The notes beneath the pieces are model-generated. The model was not told the origin of the DNA. It made no database searches and was given only the letters and a program-made list of their open reading frames with translations. Shown one piece after another: positions 1 through 6,122 of a stretch of DNA of 12,011 nucleotides (position 1 is the stretch's first letter; the number at the start of each line of letters is the position of its first letter). The translations under genes were made by a program, and so were the position numbers. The stretch is from Promethearchaeota archaeon (lineage in GTDB: Archaea > Asgardarchaeota > Lokiarchaeia > Sigyniarchaeales > SOKP01). The DNA is taken from the NCBI GenBank assembly GCA_018238625.1, contig JABCSY010000115.1, forward strand, positions 1 to 12,011, given 5' to 3'.

Positions 1-269
1 GGGCTTCCGACTAGGATTACTAATACTTTCGCTCCGAAAGAAGACAAATGACGCGCGATAACAAATCCATCTCCACCATTATTTCCCGTTCCACAAAAAA
101 TAGCAACCTTTGAGTCTTCCTTTAAATAACCCTGGGATATTATTTCTGTTGCGAAAGAATACCCCGCACATTCCATTAAATGGCTTTTTGGAATTCCTAG
201 CCATTCAGAATTATTGTCTAATATTGCTAATTCTTCGGAAGAAATTTTTTTTGAAATAAATCTTTCCAT
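1..269 (-). CDS. nnrE: NAD(P)H-hydrate epimerase (YjeF N-terminal domain), 5' part; runs off the window edge and may be an NnrE-NnrD fusion
   Basis: Not in the ORF track. Manual translation from ATG at 269 gives MERFISKKISSEELAILDNNSEWLGIPKSHLMECAGYSFATEIISQGYLKEDSKVAIFCGTGNNGGDGFVIARHLSSFGAKVLVILVGS. It contains the YjeF_N motifs LME.AG and CG.GNNGGDG.V.ARHL. Confidence 0.93.
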   Translation of the reverse strand, partial: MERFISKKISSEELAILDNNSEWLGIPKSHLMECAGYSFATEIISQGYLKEDSKVAIFCGTGNNGGDGFVIARHLSSFGAKVLVILVGS

Positions 270-321
270 AACAATTAATTTTAAGATATTGAGATAAAAA
301 ACATTTTAGGTTTTGTTTTAA

Positions 322-332
322 ATGAAAAAAAA
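322..332 (-). terminator. Oligo-T tract immediately downstream of tRNA-Met
   Basis: Minus strand reads ...CCGGCAC-TTTTTTTTCAT, the typical archaeal oligo(dT) terminator position. Confidence 0.5.
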
Positions 333-370
333 GTGCCGGTGGTGGGATATGAGCCCACGAACCTCCAGAT

Positions 371-403
371 TGCATCCAGTCTGACCCATTTTTTCAGTAG
401 GAT
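371..403 (-). other. tRNA-Met anticodon-loop intron, 33 nt
   Basis: ATCCTACTGAAAAAATGGGTCAGACTGGATGCA. Removing it restores the CTCATAA loop. Internal pairings TCC/GGA and CTGA/TCAG. The boundary can slide by 1 nt (370-402, position 38/39). Confidence 0.8.
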
Positions 404-419
404 TATGAGTCTGGCGCTT

Positions 420-449
420 ATTAAACAAACATTTAATACGAATGTTTTA
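420..449 (-). other. tRNA-Met D-loop intron (~21/22), ~30 nt
   Basis: TAAAACATTCGTATTAAATGTTTGTTTAAT with hairpin AAACATT/AATGTTT. Removing it restores GCTTAGCTGGTTAAAGC. The central BHB helix is weak, so the exact boundaries are uncertain. Confidence 0.72.
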
Positions 450-577
450 TAACCAGCTAAGCCACACCGGCAAATTAAATATATAATACTATAAACTATT
501 AATCTAATTTAAAATTATTATTATCTTTTTTGTTTTATTAGAAGAAGTAAAAAGAAATAAGAAAGCCTCCGGCGGGA

Positions 578-607
578 ATTTCCAAACGAAACAAAAAGTT
601 TCTTTTT
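578..607 (-). other. tRNA-Thr T-loop intron (59/60), 30 nt
   Basis: AAAAAGAAACTTTTTGTTTCGTTTGGAAAT. Intron helix AAA.GAAAC/GTTTC.TTT; central helix TTCA/GGAA (3 of 4 pairs); two 3-nt bulges stacked on the T-stem. Removal yields the canonical TTCAAAT loop. Confidence 0.8.
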
Positions 608-623
608 TTTGAACCCGCGACCT

Positions 624-653
624 ATAAGCTTATCAAGATATATTCTTGACAAA
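624..653 (-). other. tRNA-Thr intron at 43/44, 30 nt
   Basis: TTTGTCAAGAATATATCTTGATAAGCTTAT. Intron helix TTGTCAAGA/TCTTGATAA (9 bp), 4-bp central helix AGGC/GCTT, bulges AA|T and AT|A. Removal gives GGCAA-AGGTC. Confidence 0.85.
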
Positions 654-810
654 TTGCCTTACCAAGGCAATGCTCTACCACCTAAGCCACGGAGGCTCTT
701 AAATTTTCTTTTTTAAAATAATAAATTATTTCTAAATTAAATATTTTTTTACTCCTTTCTAAATAGTAATAGGAAAATAATAAGAATAGAAAAAAAAATT
801 GTTGCTTCTT

Positions 811-1752
811 TCACAATAGATTATGTTTATCCCACAATCTATCTTTTGCTTCTAACTCTGCATAAATATCTTTAAATCTTCGATATGGAGTTGCTTCACT
901 TTTACTAGAACCGCTACGACTGCTCCTTACTCTAGCACTTCGTCCTCCACCTTTCCCCCCACCCCCAATAATCGGGGGAACTAAGAATTCAGCTAGGATC
1001 CAACATATAATCATAACGATCATTGAGTTTCTCAGAAAGATAGTTATCAACTTACTAGGTGTGTCTTTCTCGACTGAAGCATTATCAATATCGTAAAGAC
1101 CTGATAATGTGAAATAATTAAGAATCCAAAAGATTACAATCAAAATTCCACTAAACATAAAAATAGCACTCAACGCGCATTCTAAACAGCCTAAGAATGC
1201 CCCATAGTCTTCACCGTAAATACTCTGGATCCCTTTTTTTCTTAAAAAGTAATCAACAAGTTGCCATCCTGTAAAGAATGTTGAAAAAATCAAGATAACA
1301 GATACAATAAATCCCATCCAGAAAAGGTTCTTCCTAAACCTATCTTTACCCCATTTTAACTTCTTATTAAATTTAGAATAAACCTTCTCAGTTCTGATCA
1401 ATCTTGCTAACCCATATCCAATCAAATATAATACTATGAGGGATGTACTAATAGTAAATGTTTTTCCTATACCTAAATTATAATCTATAGCTACACCTAT
1501 GTATAAAGTAAAGGATAACCATATAAGTCCAAGGATAAAAGGTACCATTATCCAATTACCATGGAAATATATCCATTTGCGTTTTATATAAGTTAGAATA
1601 ATAAGTGTGATCGGTATAATGAGTAGATAAATATACCAGAATGGTAAAATAACCATTGCTAAATCTGCTAAGATGATTGCTGATGTAATTAGAGCAGTCA
1701 GAAAAAGAAACACCACTTGAGATAAGACAACACGATTAGATATAAAATACAC
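811..1752 (-). CDS. Hypothetical polytopic membrane protein (~7 TM) with a Gly/Ser/Arg-rich C-terminal tail
   Basis: 313-aa ORF with multiple hydrophobic segments and tail GGGGKGGGRSARVRSSRSGSSKS. T-rich tract downstream. Start codon uncertain. No family recognised. Confidence 0.75.
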   Translation of the reverse strand: MYFISNRVVLSQVVFLFLTALITSAIILADLAMVILPFWYIYLLIIPITLIILTYIKRKWIYFHGNWIMVPFILGLIWLSFTLYIGVAIDYNLGIGKTFTISTSLIVLYLIGYGLARLIRTEKVYSKFNKKLKWGKDRFRKNLFWMGFIVSVILIFSTFFTGWQLVDYFLRKKGIQSIYGEDYGAFLGCLECALSAIFMFSGILIVIFWILNYFTLSGLYDIDNASVEKDTPSKLITIFLRNSMIVMIICWILAEFLVPPIIGGGGKGGGRSARVRSSRSGSSKSEATPYRRFKDIYAELEAKDRLWDKHNLL

Positions 1753-1917
1753 ACGTTTTATCAGTAAATTTTCTATTATATTTCACCTTCTTTTAATTCT
1801 CAAAGAATAGTTATTAAATTACCACATTGTATTTAAATATGGTTTAATGGGCATAATTTGGGACTCTCAAGTTTTAATAGATAGGATAAAAAAAAATAAT
1901 TAAAAAAATGAAAAGAA

Positions 1918-2586
1918 CTATATTAAACTGATAAAAACGGCTCCCAAAGTAATATATAACTGGCACAAAATATATGTAGCCATAGCAATAAGTCCCGCTT
2001 GAGGCGTTTCTTTTTCAAAAGCTTCGATTGCAACGAAAGAATCCGAGAAGACATACAATAGTGAACCAAGATAAATAAATATGAACGGCAATCCGTTAAA
2101 TTCTGCCAATGTCAATAAAGCTGAAATGTGCATTATTAATATCACTATCATATATACATATACAGGGATCTTTAATTCGCCTAACTTATGCATAAATTTA
2201 GGCATATTGAAATAAAGAATTAAGAGTACTGGGGCGAGTAAAAATAACCCCCATATAGGAAATGCTGCAATGTTAGTAATAGATAGGAAAAAGGCTATTG
2301 TGTAAAGAATCTGGTTCAATAAGAAAGCACCCATCCCATAGATAAACCACTTTTCCTCCAACATTAAAAAGATATCCCCCATCGTCCCAAAAATAAGCCC
2401 TGCTACGATTAACCAATTAACGGTAGCTATTGGAACTCCAAAAACGTAAAAAAGAGCTAACATCGGCATTAAGAGCGGTTTAGTTATGTAATTCAGTTTT
2501 TTGTTTTCTTTTTTCGTTGCGAATAGGTTAAGTCCAGCAACTATAAAAAACGCAGATAAAAATATGTAGGCAATCATGTTTTCCAC
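1918..2586 (-). CDS. YhhN / TMEM86 (lysoplasmalogenase-like) family membrane protein
   Basis: Family motifs in order: TKPLLMP, GLIFG.MGD.FL, F..G..AFL....Y, PV.VY, G.LL...SD...A, MATY...Q; about 8 TM segments. Confidence 0.88.
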   Translation of the reverse strand: MENMIAYIFLSAFFIVAGLNLFATKKENKKLNYITKPLLMPMLALFYVFGVPIATVNWLIVAGLIFGTMGDIFLMLEEKWFIYGMGAFLLNQILYTIAFFLSITNIAAFPIWGLFLLAPVLLILYFNMPKFMHKLGELKIPVYVYMIVILIMHISALLTLAEFNGLPFIFIYLGSLLYVFSDSFVAIEAFEKETPQAGLIAMATYILCQLYITLGAVFISLI

Positions 2587-2674
2587 TAAAAGTTATTTTA
2601 AAATATGTGATTGATAGAGTAGGTCCATTTTTAAATAATACTAAAAGTTAGCAAAAAAACAATTATTTTAGAAT

Positions 2675-3637
2675 CTATTCGGATTTTAGGCTCTGTTTTT
2701 TATATAACACCGGAACATAGACTTTAATCTTAGGTATGTGTATGTAGATTTTTGGTATTTGCAGTTTAGGCATTGGAATTGATTTGTTTTGAAACTGTTC
2801 AAAGTCAAAGTTAGGATCATCAAAAGAAGAAGTTTTACTATTTCTTTCTTCTAATGCATCTACATTAAAGTTAAAAGATTCTTGATCGTTCATTTCTACC
2901 TCAATTTGAGGTACTTCGCCGTGTTCGTCAATTATTTCTGGTTCTTCTAATTTTTTCAATACATCTCCACTAATAATCTCATCTTCAATTTTTTCTAAAT
3001 AATCAATCAACTCAAATTGTTTTGCTTTTAAGATTTTTCGATAATCTTTAGCGAAGTTTTCATACACTGAGTATTTTCTGAACACTTTCTCTTCAAATAC
3101 CCATCCAGAATAAGGAGCGTAGAGCATTCCCTTAATTTTGATATATGTAGGTAATTCTTTTGCGTATCTAAATTTTTGTAATTGATTCTCAATATTTTGT
3201 ATCTCGTCATTAAAAGTTTTAAAAAACTTCTGTAGTTCAAGATAAAAATTCGTTCTATACCTTACGATCTTTTTTATTGCCGAATCGTTCAATTTATCCT
3301 TTAGCTCACCTAAACGAATCTTTTTCAAACAACAGTCAACGTGTCCCAAAATTAATATGTATTTAATGTTATACTCGTGTATCGCAATTAAAACGGATCT
3401 CAAAACATCTTCGGTATATAAATTACCCGCGTTTCTTAAAACGAAGACATCTCCGGGCTTTAATTGGAATATTCGATGCACATCAATCCTTGAGTCCATG
3501 CAAGTAAGGATTAAAACGGGATACTTTGGAATTGGGCCGTCAATTTTAGGAGTTTCTTCCTCTTGTACAATTTTCCATTGGTATTTTTTATTTCCTTCTA
3601 TCAATAAATCTTCAATTTCTTCAAATTCATTAGTCAA
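2675..3637 (-). CDS. Beta-class carbonic anhydrase (Cab/clade D-like) with long C-terminal extension
   Basis: Zn-ligand motifs LTCMDSR and ILGHVDC, plus GD.FVLRNAGN. TTG start preceded by GAAGTGA. Confidence 0.9.
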   Translation of the reverse strand: MTNEFEEIEDLLIEGNKKYQWKIVQEEETPKIDGPIPKYPVLILTCMDSRIDVHRIFQLKPGDVFVLRNAGNLYTEDVLRSVLIAIHEYNIKYILILGHVDCCLKKIRLGELKDKLNDSAIKKIVRYRTNFYLELQKFFKTFNDEIQNIENQLQKFRYAKELPTYIKIKGMLYAPYSGWVFEEKVFRKYSVYENFAKDYRKILKAKQFELIDYLEKIEDEIISGDVLKKLEEPEIIDEHGEVPQIEVEMNDQESFNFNVDALEERNSKTSSFDDPNFDFEQFQNKSIPMPKLQIPKIYIHIPKIKVYVPVLYKKQSLKSE

Positions 3638-3716
3638 ATTAATTCACTTCCCGCTTAAATTAAATTTTAATCATATATTACCAACATTAATTTCTGTCTT
3701 GTTTTAAATTCTAAAG

Positions 3717-3727
3717 AAAAAAAAAAA
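3717..3727 (-). terminator. Oligo-T tract (T11) downstream of the SPFH gene
   Basis: A11 on the plus strand, 14 nt past the stop codon at 3741. Confidence 0.5.
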
Positions 3728-3740
3728 CTATATGTTAATA

Positions 3741-4916
3741 CTATTTCTGAATTGTTAGCAATTCTTTAACCTTGGACTGTATATCTCCGTTCCCTAAGAA
3801 ATTCTTTATTGTATCTGAGTATTCAGGCAATAATTGCAAAAATGGCAAAATAGCTTTCGAAAGCGAGCTAAACGCCTCGTCGCCATTGCCCATAATAAAC
3901 ATTTTATCAGGGCTTAAATGCTTAAATATCTCAGGCAAAATGTTAGTTAATTGAACTGCCAAGAACCTTTGGTCGGCGTTGCTCATAGCATCTACTTGTT
4001 CTTGGAAACCCTCCGCTTGTGCAAGCATTTGTTGCCTTATAGCTTCAGCCTCTCCTTCTGCTTGAGCAATTAACGTTTTTTTAATAGCAGAAGCTTTTCC
4101 ATCGGCTTCAATTACTACTCTTCGCCGTTCACCATCTGCCTCAATCTGTTTACGCTCGCGTTCTTTCTCAGCAATTGCGATTTCTTTATCTTTCCTACGC
4201 AGTTCAATTTCTCTCTGAACTAATTGCTCTTGAGTACCGATCTCGTTCTGTACTTCGAGTTCTCGCAACTTTGATACAAGTTCTGCGTCTGCTTTAGCAA
4301 CTCTAGCTTTTTTATACTCAATTGCTTGTTTGACAGCTTCCATGTTCTTTTTTAATTCGCCCTCTACGATTATGACTTCCAATATTTCGAAAGTTTCGAT
4401 TAAAACACCCCAATCTGCCGATAATTCGTGTAAATCTTTCATGACATGATCAATCATCTCCCTTCTTTCTCTAATGATTAATTCAAGCGGCATATTTGCA
4501 CATATTGTCCTCATAACTGCCTCGGCAGCTCCTTTTAAAATCTTTTCAACGTAGTTCTCATCCCGCAAGTTCCATGAAACCGCGCTAAACGCCTTTTCAG
4601 GATCAACGACTTTCCAAATAATCATGCCTACGAATTCGATATTTTGGTATTCCTTCGAAACGACTTGGTCGTGAGCTTCCAAAATCGTTTGTATACTAGT
4701 AGTCGGAATAACAATATATTCGTCAATTAAGGGCAATAACCATAAACTACCACCGAGACCTGCTGATTTTACCTTACCATTTCTCAAATGAATTACAAAC
4801 TGGTTTGTTTTAAATTTCCGGTATCGTGCGGCCATAAATATTATGAATAAGAACACTATTATCGCACAAGTCACTACAATGCCGACAACCAATCCATTAA
4901 TCTCTTGAAACAACAT
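3741..4916 (-). CDS. SPFH / Band-7 domain protein, flotillin-like
   Basis: N-terminal TM helix; Band-7 domain (V.SKEYQ.I...G.IIWKVVDPEKA, MRTICANM.LE.II.ER, WGV.IE.FEI.EV); EA/AE-rich coiled coil (EADGE, AQAEGEAEAI). GGAGGT RBS upstream of the ATG. Confidence 0.93.
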   Translation of the reverse strand: MLFQEINGLVVGIVVTCAIIVFLFIIFMAARYRKFKTNQFVIHLRNGKVKSAGLGGSLWLLPLIDEYIVIPTTSIQTILEAHDQVVSKEYQNIEFVGMIIWKVVDPEKAFSAVSWNLRDENYVEKILKGAAEAVMRTICANMPLELIIRERREMIDHVMKDLHELSADWGVLIETFEILEVIIVEGELKKNMEAVKQAIEYKKARVAKADAELVSKLRELEVQNEIGTQEQLVQREIELRRKDKEIAIAEKERERKQIEADGERRRVVIEADGKASAIKKTLIAQAEGEAEAIRQQMLAQAEGFQEQVDAMSNADQRFLAVQLTNILPEIFKHLSPDKMFIMGNGDEAFSSLSKAILPFLQLLPEYSDTIKNFLGNGDIQSKVKELLTIQK

Positions 4917-5014
4917 TTTTTTTTAAAACCTCCTTTTTTTTTTTAATTTTTTTTAATTTTTTTGGTTTTTTTTTTATTCTATTTTTTTAATAAATTTTAA
5001 TTATAATTAATATA

Positions 5015-5224
5015 CTAACCCATTAGGTTAGCTAATATCCAAATTATCAAAATACAACCTAAAATAATAGCGGTGTTTATCAAAATAGCACGAGTTAAAG
5101 TAGGCTTTTTGTTGATTTTCTTTTGAAACTTTTTAGCACGCACATCTTTGCCATGAAATTGGACCCAATTGTATCTACGCTCTTCCATTTCTCTTTCACT
5201 CACGCTCATTTTTTTATTTTTCAC
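5015..5224 (-). CDS. Small basic protein with a single C-terminal TM helix (the ATG at 5209 is a plausible alternative start)
   Basis: 69-aa ORF whose GTG overlaps the upstream stop (GTGA), with GAGGTGA as a possible RBS for ATG 5209. Lys/Arg-rich N-terminus and hydrophobic C-terminus AILINTAIILGCILIIWILANLMG. Confidence 0.72.
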   Translation of the reverse strand: MKNKKMSVSEREMEERRYNWVQFHGKDVRAKKFQKKINKKPTLTRAILINTAIILGCILIIWILANLMG

Positions 5225-6084
5225 CTCTTTTTTTTAATTATAATTTTATTAGGAGATACCCTCACTTTATTATCTCTAATTGCCACAATATAAACTTTCG
5301 TACCTCTCTCAAAATAAGACGTGTCGTCATAAGGCATAACATGAAGCTTCTCGTATTTCATAGGGGTTGTTGAATTTATTCTAATTACGCCTCCTCTCTC
5401 ATCGATAGGTAATACAACCTCCCCTTCTCTTCCTATTAAATTCTGCGTTGAAGATATTTTGTAATACTGCGATTTCGCAATATGTTTCCAAGCTACATTT
5501 AGATATTTCGATGTGATAAGCGCAATACCAGGGGATCCTATGAACATTATAAACTTTAAACCTTCAATGGTGATTACATAGTAAAGCGAGATTCCTGAAA
5601 TGCCAAATACTAAGAGAAATGCAGATATCAATAACATAATTGGAGCAGGGGTAACTGTAGTGCCGAACATATCAGAATCTACATCTATATCTACATCTAC
5701 ATCAATATCAATATCCGTGTCTACATCTATATCGACATCGCTATCAATATCTACCCCTGCGTCCACATCTACATCTACATCAGCTTCGATCGAGTCGAAC
5801 TCCGCCCCTATATCGTAATCTACATCTACATCAATATCTACATCCACATCGACATCTACATCGACATCTATATCAGCGTCAATATCGATATCTACATCGA
5901 CATCTACATCAGCGTCAATATCGATATCTACATCGATATCTACATCAGTGTCTATCTCCGTCCCTAACGATTGCGACTCCATTTGAGCTAAGAACACTGA
6001 GATTATGCTGAAAAGAAGGCCCCCGATGAACAACCCCAAACAAATGCTAAAAAACAAATCGTATACATCCATTTTTTCCAACAC
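5221..6084 (-). CDS. NfeD-like (short NfeD/YuaF/YqiJ-type) membrane protein with Asp-Val/Ile repeat
   Basis: TM helix, acidic repeat, further TM helices (FL..FG.SG), and a C-terminal OB-fold signature LIGREGEV..PI....G.I....G.KV.IV......V.V. Lies upstream of an SPFH gene, the classical NfeD-SPFH pairing. True start may be ATG 6072. Confidence 0.85.
   Translation of the reverse strand: MLEKMDVYDLFFSICLGLFIGGLLFSIISVFLAQMESQSLGTEIDTDVDIDVDIDIDADVDVDVDIDIDADIDVDVDVDVDVDIDVDVDYDIGAEFDSIEADVDVDVDAGVDIDSDVDIDVDTDIDIDVDVDIDVDSDMFGTTVTPAPIMLLISAFLLVFGISGISLYYVITIEGLKFIMFIGSPGIALITSKYLNVAWKHIAKSQYYKISSTQNLIGREGEVVLPIDERGGVIRINSTTPMKYEKLHVMPYDDTSYFERGTKVYIVAIRDNKVRVSPNKIIIKKKR
5671..5958 (-). repeat. 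Degenerate 6-bp coding repeat (GAY-RTN)n encoding (D-V/I)n, aa 43-138
   Basis: atctac/atcgac/atcaat units on the plus strand. An exact 29-bp block, atcagcgtcaatatcgatatctacatcga, recurs at 5872 and 5908 (36-bp period). Confidence 0.95.
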
Positions 6085-6122
6085 TCTTTATTTTTATTTT
6101 TAATTTAAAAATTATAATATAA

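Larger units (their letters stand above)
334..471 (-). tRNA. tRNA-Met(CAT), elongator type, with two introns (D-loop ~21/22 and anticodon loop 37/38 or 38/39); CCA not encoded
   Basis: Minus strand: acceptor GCCGGTG/CACCGGC + A73; D-stem GCTT/AAGC with loop AGCTGGTTA; anticodon stem CCAGA/TCTGG with loop CTCATAA (CAT at 405-407); T-stem GTGGG/CCCAC. The GCC start and A31-U39 resemble archaeal elongator Met rather than initiator Met or Ile2. The T-loop is atypical (CTCATAT). Confidence 0.88.
564..696 (-). tRNA. tRNA-Thr(GGT) with two non-canonical introns (43/44 and 59/60); CCA not encoded
   Basis: Minus strand: acceptor GCCTCCG/CGGAGGC + U73; D-arm GCTT-AGGTGGTA-GAGC; anticodon arm TTGCC-TTGGTAA-GGCAA (GGT at 661-663); variable region AGGTC; T-arm GCGGG-TTCAAAT-CCCGC after intron removal. 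Confidence 0.92.

Noticed and set aside
371-403. C/D-box guide RNA within the tRNA-Met intron (CTGA and TGGATG)
   Set aside because: Only 33 nt long, CTGA is explained by pairing with TCAG, and there is no proper RTGATGA box or guide region.
334-471. Assignment as initiator tRNA-Met or tRNA-Ile2(CAT)
   Set aside because: It lacks A1-U72 and the three consecutive G-C anticodon-stem pairs of initiators. The acceptor stem GCC and A31-U39 match elongator Met better than Ile2.
334-696. tRNAs as integration (att) sites or as split/permuted tRNA halves
   Set aside because: No duplicated tRNA end or integrase is seen in the window, and both genes are complete and colinear once the introns are removed.
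3028-3240. 70-aa minus-strand ORF
   Set aside because: Alternative frame nested inside the carbonic anhydrase gene, with no motif or RBS.
3357-3707. 116-aa plus-strand ORF
   Set aside because: Antisense shadow of the carbonic anhydrase catalytic domain.
3772-3954. 60-aa plus-strand ORF
   Set aside because: Antisense to the SPFH gene with no independent support.
5600-5818. 72-aa Ser/Thr-rich plus-strand ORF resembling a mucin-like linker
   Set aside because: It is simply the reverse complement of the Asp-Val/Ile repeat.
5671-5958. Repeat as a possible CRISPR array or non-coding satellite
   Set aside because: No repeat-spacer structure; it is an in-frame degenerate hexamer repeat within a CDS.
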